A stretch of 11,910 nt of DNA from the NCBI GenBank assembly GCA_965644295.1, contig CBFFRP010000102.1, positions 1 to 11,910 of the forward strand. The letters run 5' to 3'. The notes under the pieces were generated by a model, which had not been told where the DNA came from, did not search any database, and saw nothing but the letters and a program-made list of their open reading frames with translations. Origin of the DNA: Paraphysomonas bandaiensis. Taxonomy: Eukaryota > Protista > Chrysophyceae. Each line of letters begins with the position of its first letter. Positions within the stretch are counted from its first letter, which is position 1. The position numbers were made by a program, and so were the translations under genes. Of this stretch, positions 1-11,161 are shown piece by piece.

Positions 1-381
1 ACTACCAATATACATCGTATACACCTCACTTCACTATTAACTGATACACACAATTCTTATGAAGTACTCTGCAGAATAATTTCTTCGTATCTACTCAGTT
101 GCAAACACATACGCTTGAAACCACTATTTCCTGGTTTAGAAAAATATATTACTCTTCACCAATGGAAGTAATTGTAACATAATTTCACAATTATCTGAAA
201 TCAGTTTGTGCTGCCGTCTTCATATTAGCCCTGGCTGTGGGTATCAAGAGGCTCGTGCATAACTTCCAACCATCATAATTTAATCATTGAGCTACCTATG
301 CACGTAATACTTTAGTAGACAAACACTTATCTGCGATGTCGCATCACGTAAGACTGTTGCCAGAGAATTTGCAGAAACTTT

Positions 382-1954
382 TCACAAGCGATCTATCCAT
401 GATCTCAATTCGTCCTCCACCTCGAAGCAATCCGGTCTCTCCCAAGCATGCACGTGCAATAGGCGATTTAAAGTCCCAACAAGGTCATCCACAACCTCCA
501 ATCGAGGAGTGCAATCACTCCATGTTGAATGTACAGCCTCCAGGAGAATCGTAGTAAACAAATCAGAGCATTTTCTGCTTGCAATGGATTCCTGATGTGC
601 CCTGGACGCGTCACGTTCTGTCAACACCATTTAAACAAATACTAAACTATGTCAGGCACTCTTCGAAACCCACCTGTGAATGTAGATGTAGTACCTATAT
701 TGTATACCGACCACCTCAACAGGAGATCTACCAGCAACTGACCCAGTGAGTACATATCCGCTTTTGTACTTGCAAAACCCTGCGCATTTGTCAGCATCAA
801 TGCACGAAAGCATCATTCATTAGTATCAAACTAATCTATATAATTCACGAAACATAATTATTCAGATATTGTGTTACCCACATATTACCAAATTGCCTAA
901 TAGATTTACTCACATCGGACTCCAATAAACCTGCTGAAGTGCACTTCCAGTGACCAATGAGTTGGACGCCAAACGGAGACTGCATACCGTCATTATCGCC
1001 GTCGGTAAGGCTTGTTTGAGGTATATACATTATAAAACTATCTAAATGCAAGTTGTTACAGCAGTTTCCACTGGAATGAACCTCCTGAATATCCTCCAGT
1101 AATAGTAGTAAAAAAGCTAGACAGTGCTCAAAATGTCCGTGTATTCGTCGGGAAAGTACTTGCAAAGCTTCTGGCAAGCTTGGAACGTTGTAATCTTGCC
1201 TTTTAAATGGAAGAAAAATATGAGAAAGTGGCCTGCCAATAGCCTTAATATATAAATCATACGTAAGAACGATGTAACGACCATCTGAGAGAGGCTTAGA
1301 CTGTGCGGTATATATATCGTCAATACAACTACAAATTGTGGGAGAAACAAGAATCGATTTAACACTTGAGTCACTAATACACTTCTTGACTTTGACAGTC
1401 GGGCATAAGTTCTCGTGGAATGGAATACATGATGTTAAAATGGATTCAAAACGACCAACTAGGTGCTCGTCGCCAACGTGAAACTTAAATGGAAAGCTAA
1501 AGCGAGTCCACTTTACATTAGATGAGGTGTAAATATCAAATATTTCGCTCCGAGGAATTCCAGGCGTATCAAATACAGAGATAAAGTGTGAGTCGTGGTT
1601 TTCAACGAGTCCATCTTCTTCAAAACCCTCCGAATTGTATAGAGCTCCATCAGAATCGATGGCATAAGTAATACACACCGGGGAAGGTATGGCCTCCATA
1701 CTTGGCCTCTAGGATAATCTAACAGTCATAATTTCATGCACCACAACACTTATTTCGTTAGAAGGTATGAGATGGTCATCGAGAGCAGTCGTACAGTTGT
1801 GGTAGCATCGGTCGATATCGTATCCTTCAATGGACCTGCTATCTGTGAATAGTATGAAGGTTGACAGGTTACAGACAATATCAACTACAGTACCAAGATT
1901 GTATAAGTGTTGAGTTATACAATCCTTTAAAGTAATGGACAAGTCAGTATCCAT
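382..1954 (-). CDS. Protein kinase-fold protein, probable pseudokinase (multi-exon; 5' exon structure unresolved)
   Basis: Joining ORF 845..1699(-), an exon missing from the ORF track (779-674: GFASTKADMYSLGQLLVDLL...) and the last exon 617-382 (...LNRLLHVHAWERPDCFEV...TGA) gives kinase subdomains in order: beta3 FPFK, alphaC RFE, IV FHENL, VIa/b LLEDIQEVHSSGNCCNNLHLDSF, VII VQLIGHW, IX KADMYSLG, XI RP. Intron 618-673 (56 nt, GTGGGT..CAG) restores the frame. An acceptor at 780 pairs with a phase-0 donor at 853 or 877. ORF 1709..1954 is in the same frame as 845..1699 and is probably the first exon(s); the start codon is uncertain (1954 vs 1699). Confidence 0.75.
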
Positions 1955-2163
1955 ATCTGCTCTCTCACACCACCTACAGCAGCAGTATATGGCTGCTCAG
2001 TGCTGTTGTACCAAAAAAAGGTGTATGGGCAGTGGCTTGAATGAAAAAAAATGGCAATTTCTGTGAGTTAATTTACTTGAAAACAGTTCTGCAGGAAGTT
2101 GTGCGTGTGTGTGGTTGAGTATACAGAACAGATTCAGTTGGATGTAGGCCGGAGCGGAATATT
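1955..2163. promoter_or_regulatory. Short divergent intergenic region, probable bidirectional promoter (pseudokinase / AIG1-like gene)
   Basis: Head-to-head arrangement with only about 210-280 nt between putative start codons; inferred from position only. Confidence 0.4.
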
Positions 2164-2998
2164 ATGGCGTGTGTCGTACAACTCACGCTGTCCCTGATTA
2201 ACAACTGAGTACTCTGTGATATTAATCTATAGGATGAAGGAGCTACTTGGATCTTTCTTACACCGGATCCCTCAGGAATTTAAGTCAGGTCCTTGGCATC
2301 CATTTTCTATTGTTTATCTCATAGTGTTCGCAACATCTCTATTTACTTGTTATTTTGATGTGCAAGACCACTATTCTCATGTATATTTTGGGGACAAGTA
2401 TGAATTTATTCCTTATTTTCGACTGATGGGTGGTTACTACTGCTTGGCTATGCTGATCGTACTAATTTACAATGCGGGTTGGCTGCCAATTGCTTCGTAT
2501 ACTGTGACTTCGTGGAATCTACTAACTGCACGATTGATACTATCGTACTTAGGACATGTTGGTTTTGAATGGTGCCACCATCTCGCCAACTACCTATTAT
2601 TCCCAGCGTTGGTTGGATGCACTATCACTGTGGTAGTGTGGTGGTCAGTGCTCGTTCCCCTTATTCATACATTCCTGGATCCACACAAAAAGGTTGGCTT
2701 CTGGAAGTTTAACACCAGCTTCATGCTTTTAAATCTACATGGTATGAACCTAGTGTTTGCAGCATTAGATTTCCTTGGTGGTGGTCGGACGCTTAACTAT
2801 TACGACCTGTGGTCAGCTCTGCTTGTTGCATTCATATACGTCGTGTTTTACCTGCATGTTCTGGACCCTGCGGGGTATCACTTCTACATCATTCTTACTC
2901 CTAGAACACCTTGGTGTGTGGTTGTGTATTCCAGTATTATTGGGCTTTACTATGCGACCTTTGTGGGGTGGAATCTATTATATGAAGCAATTGAGTAG
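2164..2998 (+). CDS. Multi-pass membrane protein, FAR-17a/AIG1/ADTRP-like (possible Thr/His lipid hydrolase)
   Basis: Long ORF with about 7 hydrophobic segments. Motifs SYTVTSWNL, VVWWSVL, LHGMNLVFAALDF and GYHFYIIL resemble the AIG1/ADTRP/rolling-stone pattern (YLT.W ... H..N....D ... G...Y.FL). The start is either ATG 2234 or ATG 2164 spliced through a 64-nt intron 2169-2232 (ATG GC|gtgtgt..tag|G ATG AAG = MAMKELL). Stop TAG 2996-2998. The family call is by eye. Confidence 0.7.
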
Positions 2999-3753
2999 TA
3001 TGTGTATACTGTTGTCTATTACCACAACGACACAACGCGTGACTCTGCAACTCCAGTACAGAATTAGTTCACTTGTGACGTATGTATTGTTGTCTTCTTG
3101 CTGAATATGTGTATCGATGTGTGTAACGTCACAAAATGTTTCACAGTTGTCCAGGAGACCTTTAACTGAGAGTAAATAAGTAAACCTATTATTATGGTCT
3201 TGTTAACAAGTTACCAGTACAACGATAACTTTAATTCATAAAGAATGTAATATCTAGATATATGGTGGTGTGTACATGATAATGACTGCGTGCTTAAATC
3301 CTATTGTTGCTTCAATAAAACACTCCTTTAACTTTCGATTGAATAAGCAACTTGGCATTTATAAACATGGGGAGAAGTACGATTTAATCATAACCTTGAG
3401 ATAAAGAGTCGGTCTATTAATTTACGCTTTTAGTTAGTGCAATATTGACTGATTGATATTATAGGAGATATAGTAAGTTTATGATGTTGTAGCCCTGTGA
3501 GTTAGGAACCACGTCATTCACCAACATCAACATTCTGTTCTACAAATCATATCTTTAACAGCTACTATATTTTCAGTTTCTTTGTATACTTGTAATAGCT
3601 ACTCCTATACTGTAGTCATGTATATTCTGTATTTCATTGCTACATAGAATACAGGATAACTACTAGCGATTGACTTTACCAAACTTCAAGTACGCACGTA
3701 GGAGTTGGTTGTAGTTCAATACGGTCTTATCACCCCCGTTTCAAAATATAGAG

Positions 3754-3776
3754 CGAGGGATGATATATCATCCTCG
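3754..3776. repeat. Palindrome / inverted repeat
   Basis: Perfect 16-bp palindrome GGATGATATATCATCC (3758-3773), extendable to CGAG...CTCG (3754-3776) with one bulged G. Confidence 0.75.
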
Positions 3777-5485
3777 TCGTGAATGTCTTATTTTTAGCAA
3801 CAGGGGAGTACGAGTCAGAACTAATGTAGCAACACAATTTAAAATTTAACTAACTAGTGCTTAATTCTGATATCCTACAATTTAACGATACGAAAGCTGC
3901 TTGTGCGTTACCGCAAACACCAAGGTGCAACCACTTCCGCAGTGATATATCGTGCTTATAGCATATAGTTTAATATATCTATATCCGAAATCCCCATATT
4001 TTTCCCTAAAATATATTTGAAAACTAAATTGCATTCAACAGAGCAGTCATGTTAGCATTGGAAAAATATACACATCCAACTTCAATATTTAGTTTAGAGA
4101 AGTAACTATATTATAATATTAATTTTAAGTGACTTTATTATTATATTCCATAGTTTGAGGGAAGGTGATATGATGATTAATATTTTAAAAGTCGTCTGAT
4201 GAGTAAGACAAAGGGATACAACTTCTCAATCAGCACATCACTTGTCAATAGTATTTTAGACAATAAGTTCTGTGATTTTAGTGAAAAAATGCGTCTGCTG
4301 TCTCAACGTTTAAAGTCTGATCGTAAATTTTGATTTATAGAATAAGATAATTATAAAGCAGATAAAAGAATATTCAATAAAACGAAAAGAATTTAAATTA
4401 TGGGAAGCTGAAGCTCTTTTTTAAATGGCTGTTTTGCAAGATATTATTGCATTACAACATAATATTCTTATCTGACCTTTTCATTATAATTGTAGTAATG
4501 GGGCCACAGGAGATTAGATACAACAGAACAGAGGGAAATATAGAGGTGCAATTATACTTCAAGCATTCAGCTGGCGAGTTCAACTTCTTACAAATCTGAC
4601 GCTGAAGGCAATTAGGAGCAGTACAACTCGTTCCTATATCAGGTTTTGGTCACGTCGAGTTTGTCAGGATTACGTCGAGAAGTTTTTTGTTGGCGTGCCT
4701 CATGTGAGTCTCACAGCAACAAATTCATAGGTTTTCATGTCCCTTTTATGCGGAACAACAAAATGTAAACGTGGATCTAAGCATATAACTCTACAAGGAT
4801 TATTTTATTTATAATCCATTCGAAGGTTAAAGTGTCCGAGTCAGTTGCACTGTCCCTAAGGGGTTATGCATCTCATTTCTTAAATCTTAAAGTGTGATTA
4901 TGATGATGCATATGTCAACAAGAAGTCTTGTACGACTAGGAGTTTGTATATTCATGGAACCGTCAGTTGCACGAACATATCATTTTGCGGAATATGGGTA
5001 GAGTTGTTGTGACAGTTATTAAGGTTTTAGAATTTATTATTTTGACCAAATGTAGCACAGTTATGTATATACATTGATTTCTCCGGGGTAACTAACGTGA
5101 GCCGCATATAGAGATATATAGTCAGCAGGCAATTTGTCTTTTGACTTCTAACAGTATCATCAGTCTGGCAGGTAGCATAGTTTCATGATTTCCTGAATGA
5201 AAAAATAAGGGTTATCTAATTAATCACCAAATTTTGTTGTTATCGTAGTCATAACGGTCATCACTATCATTGAGAAAATTGAACAATAAACTGAAATTAC
5301 TTTATTTTTATAAATGACAGAATATCTCAATAATCAATAATTCAGAAATTATCTAATTAGGTCGTGTTTCAATGAATGAAAATACTTTTTACTTATGAAA
5401 TCGTAATTCCGACAGCAACTTTAGAAGGCAAGAACCACCATGTGATATCAAACTTTAGAAGCATGTAGGTAAAACTCAAAAAGAG

Positions 5486-8400
5486 TTATAGAGGCATGCT
5501 CAAAAAGCTATATTTTCTGCGCGTTTCTTCCGGTTGAAGTGATGAAAACGAAGCAACAGTATGTCCAGGGGTGGCATCGCTTTGTAGAGTCCACTTGAAT
5601 GCTAATAGGCCCTCGACACCAACTGGTCCACGTGGACTGGTTCTGTTTGTTGACACTCCGACCTCAGCTCCCAAGCCAAAGCTATTCAAAGTATTGTAAG
5701 CTCTAATAGGTGATTGAACATGACACATACCGATAGCCGTCAGAGAAACGAGTTGAAGCATTGTGAAAAACACATGCACTGTCAACTTCTCTAAGGAAGC
5801 GATCTGCTAGATCCTTATTCTCCGTTACGATGCACTCCGTATGGGCACTACGCATGGTTGTTAGAGAGAAGTCCATTCATATCATGCACAAAGACCTTCC
5901 GTATTTGTGAATGTGACGAATAGCATCATCAGCAGAGTCAACAACCTCCAACGATATAACCAAGTCGCCGTACTCACTGCTAAAATCCTCCACCCTGCTA
6001 GTGGTGAGACCAAGACTCATCGCCACCTCTCCTCTGCATATATATTACAACAATAGTCTATGTAATTAACCGACTGCAATACCCTAACACTTCCACTCCA
6101 GCATCTTTTAGGCCCTTAATAACAGCGGCAGCTACCCCATTATCCAGAGTTTTTCGGTGTAAAAGAACCGTCTCAGCAGCATTACAGGCTGTGCCTCATT
6201 TACCAACATGGAAACATCGTCAAAGCATAAGTATTTACCTGAAGGATAATCCACCTTGGAGTCCACAGTAACAGAAACTGCTGTGTCCATATTGGCAGCC
6301 TCGTCAATGTAAACGTGACAAATACCCTCTGCATGCCCCATCACTGGAATGCGGGTGTTGTCCTAACAGCAAATACTATTAACAAGAAGAGGTAATATTG
6401 CATAAAGCAACCTTGATATATCGGACCAAGCTCGCTGACCCTCGCGGGATAACGAGGTCGATCACATCATCCTGCTTCAACAAAGGAGGAATGTCTGATC
6501 GAGATGTGACAAGACCGACCAAGCTGCCCGGCACCTCGCCACCAGAGGCTTCGGTAATTGCACGGGTCACGATAGAGTGGAGAATTTCATTGCTCTTCTC
6601 TGCTTCTCTCCCGCCTGTATACAACGCGATTGGTACAAACTAGAGTAAACGGCCATGCAGACTCACCTTTAAGAACTAAACCGTTCCCGGACCTAATAGC
6701 ACATGCAGCGATTTGAGGAAGGCAGTCCGGTCTGGACTCGAATATGATTAACAAAACACCTATGTGGAAAGTAAACACTAGTGTAGAGTAATAGTACTTT
6801 GGCGTTACCGACAGGGCAGGAGATTTTGTTGAGAATCAAACCGTCTGATACACAAGTGCGAGACAGAACCTTTTTAAGAAAAATTATAATAATCCGAGCA
6901 ACTCATTGTAGTCAACACAGTACCTTTCCAAGAGGCTCGCCTTGCTGCGATATGGATCGAATACCATCCACCAAGGCATCTAATTTCTGCTGAGTGAGCT
7001 TTAGTCTCTTCAACATTTGCTTATTTAGCCCCCTACACACACCATTACATACGATAAAGCCAGTAGCATGTGGCGCTTACTCTGACTCAGCGGTGTCAAG
7101 GTCCTCCTTATTAGCTGCTAGAATTTCTTCGCGATTTTCATCGATTTTCTTGGCGACTACAAGCAGCCAGATATAATTATATCACAACCAAAACACAGAG
7201 CCTATCACTCACTTTCTAGCAGAATACGATCACGAGTGGCAGAGTCAGCCTTCTGTAGGGCCCGGCTACCTTCCCTGGCACCTGCCGCAATAACTCTTGC
7301 TTGGTCACCCACGTCCTTTAGACGGGCCTCCTCCGGGGTCAAATCAGCATCACCATTCATTACCATAACATCCTCAGTGACTTCCTCTTCTTGAGTGCTG
7401 TTTAAACCACTGCTCAGCAAAGATAAAGTATTCTCAACAACTTACCCCAAAAAAAGTGTGCCCCACTTGTCACCTCTTAATATTCTAGGAAGAGTCTCCG
7501 GGTGTCCCCCTGCAGCGATAACCACTGCGGGCACGCCACGATCGATAGCTCTACGACATAGTGAATTTTACTAATCAACAGCGTACCACAAACAGTACTC
7601 ACTTAAGAGCAGCGTCTACTTTCGCGCCCATGCCCCCTCGGCCCTGTGCGCTCTTATCTCCTACTTCGAAACCAGTTTTGTGGGTATAAGTGCTAATAAT
7701 GCGTGCCTTAGGGTGGGAAGGAGGTCGGTCAAACACACCCTCCACGTCGGTCAACAGGACAAGCAGCTGCATCATGATTCACAATGAGCACATAAACAAT
7801 AGCTAACTAATGTCTTACATGGGCATTCATCCCACCAGCAACCAAAGACGCCAACGAATCATTGTCGGAGAAAGTATTACCAAACAGCTCATGCCTAGTA
7901 CACAAGAGGGTGGGCAAGTTGCAAGGCTGATCTTTGGCATTAACGCACCCTTGATTGGCTGAGACCGCATCGTTCTCATTCAGCAGCGGCACGATTCCTA
8001 GTCGAAGAAGCTGTTCTACGACATTCTGTAGACATAATTTAAAAATAACACTTCAAATTAGCAGTATACGGGACATGAATTGGACCTGGATGTTCTGACA
8101 GCGTTCGGGAGAAGCGAAGTCAAAGCAAGTTAGAACCAGCTGAGAAGTGCGAATATCGTGCTGATCGAACATAGTCGAATACAGGGACATGAGTCCGAGC
8201 TGACCAGCAGCTGCACAAGCTGCATTGTAGGACTTAGGACCAAGCATATCGACTTCCCCTTCGCTGTTAAGAGTCACTTGACTAGATTTGAAAACAAGTG
8301 AGATCTCTATTAGATCTTCAGTATCATGTAAACTCACCCAGTGTAAGCCCCATACTCATCCTGATGTCTAAGCTTCTGCTTGCCCACACCAACGGCTCCA

Positions 8401-8690
8401 GAAGTAACAATGATGACTTGTTTTCCAGCACGAACCAAATCTGCGGCCTGTTATGATGGGGTTGGGTTACACATAAATATGCAGAGGGGAGCTGGAGAAA
8501 ACTACATGTTCAACAATATTAGCAATTCTGGGGAGGGATGGGTATCCCAGAGGAGTGGAAACAATGCTCGTTCCAGCCTTTATTACTGTATCGAACTGGC
8601 AGTTATAGACATATGAAGACATATATATTAATTACCGATTCTATTCGCACGAGAGATATCCTTCCTGGATGTGATCTTAACTTCTTCCAT
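5486..8690 (-). CDS. P5CS: Delta-1-pyrroline-5-carboxylate synthase (bifunctional glutamate 5-kinase / gamma-glutamyl phosphate reductase; ProB-ProA fusion), 19 exons, 756 aa
   Basis: Exons (-): 8690-8636, 8585-8506, 8447-8338, 8281-8086, 8025-7949, 7894-7819, 7766-7603, 7550-7446, 7397-7213, 7156-7081, 7032-6924, 6869-6809, 6759-6667, 6614-6412, 6362-6239, 6188-6083, 6033-5896, 5847-5731, 5681-5486 (2271 nt, open frame). Kinase motifs: [54 protein letters not shown]. Reductase motifs: [40 protein letters not shown], catalytic [56 protein letters not shown]. No obvious N-terminal targeting peptide and no PUA domain. Confidence 0.97.
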
Positions 8691-8948
8691 TTCTTTATGT
8701 AAGTAAACAATACTATCTTTAAGTAGAGTGGTTATTCGAGACTAACTCTTAGGTGAGTATAATAATTAATGAACGAGGTGTTTGATAAACTCTTCAGGGA
8801 AATAGAATTCCAAACTTATTCGCATATCTAACCCCGAGAATAATGTATAGAAAATACACCTATCATTTTTTAATGCCACGTTGTCAGCTCCCACAACCAC
8901 TCACCACTTTAATATTCGGAACGAATCAACTTTGAGACGAATTATTTT

Positions 8949-8976
8949 GACCAATCAGCAGGTAGTATATAAAAAG
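8949..8976 (+). promoter_or_regulatory. CCAAT box followed by TATA-like box in the divergent P5CS/GH1 promoter region
   Basis: GACCAATCAG (CCAAT 8951-8955) then TATATAAAAAG (8966-8976); a second AGCCAATAG at about 9273-9281 just upstream of the GH1 start. Motif match only. Confidence 0.4.
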
Positions 8977-9089
8977 CTGCTGGAATTATTCGATGAATCT
9001 ATAAGGACATGGACACAACGTCACACCCACAAACATATGTTTGCTTCAAGTAGCTGAATCCCATGCATAAAATACAATTACGTAGAATG

Positions 9090-9180
9090 TAGCAGCAGCA
9101 GCAGGGACAGCAGCAGCCATGTAGGCACAAATAGCTACAGTATACCGGGACAGACACAAACAGCAGCAGAGGAGCAGCAA
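9090..9180. repeat. Imperfect (CAG/CTG)n low-complexity tract
   Basis: agcagcagcagcagggacagcagcagcc ... cagcagcagaggagcagcaa visible directly between P5CS and GH1. Confidence 0.7.
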
Positions 9181-9298
9181 GGAATGATCATGAAAAGATA
9201 CCGATATTTGTTAGTAATCATTAGATTGAGCAACCGTAATATGATATCATTATCATCTCTATCATTCATGTGAGCCAATAGCGCTGATGATCATCATC

Positions 9299-11161
<1,863 letters not shown>

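Noticed and set aside
1-381. Possible 3' end of a plus-strand gene (introns 17-74 and 134-204, ending VCAAVFILALAVGIKRLVHNFQPS*), or further minus-strand micro-exons
   Set aside because: Several incompatible splice models fit equally well and there is no recognisable motif.
336-554. Plus-strand 72-aa ORF, and other shadow ORFs (1117-1374, 2775-3104, 6398-6643, 6799-6993, 6994-7176, 8380-8616, 9798-10031, 10042-10266, 10497-10757, 10781-11065)
   Set aside because: Antisense or alternate-frame overlaps of well-supported genes, with no motifs of their own.
780-888. 4-nt microexon (ATTA, 835-832) between two introns of about 52 nt in the pseudokinase
   Set aside because: It does not preserve the reading frame with either upstream donor; a single intron from donor 853 or 877 does.
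1709-1711. Stop-codon reassignment (TAG as a sense codon)
   Set aside because: TAG terminates the membrane-protein gene, and no in-frame stops remain in the spliced P5CS or GH1.
4152-4175. Copia-like polypurine tract plus TG (TTTGAGGGAAGG-TG) suggesting an LTR start
   Set aside because: No second LTR, primer binding site or RT/RNase H/integrase remnant recognisable.
4169-4230. Hammerhead core CTGATGAG, or C/D-box snoRNA (ATGATGA...CTGA)
   Set aside because: No stem II followed by GAAA; the C and D boxes are only about 20 nt apart, with no terminal stem.
5486-8690. Fragmented proA/proB pseudogene, frameshifts, or introner-type mobile introns
   Set aside because: All breaks are explained by GT-AG introns giving one open 757-codon frame, and the introns show no visible sequence similarity to one another.
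9000-9190. Minus-strand Cys-rich reading (..LHGCCCPCCCCY..) resembling a cysteine-string or CYSTM peptide
   Set aside because: A by-product of the CTG repeat; the frame has a TGA just upstream and no start codon or clear acceptor ahead of the hydrophobic stretch.
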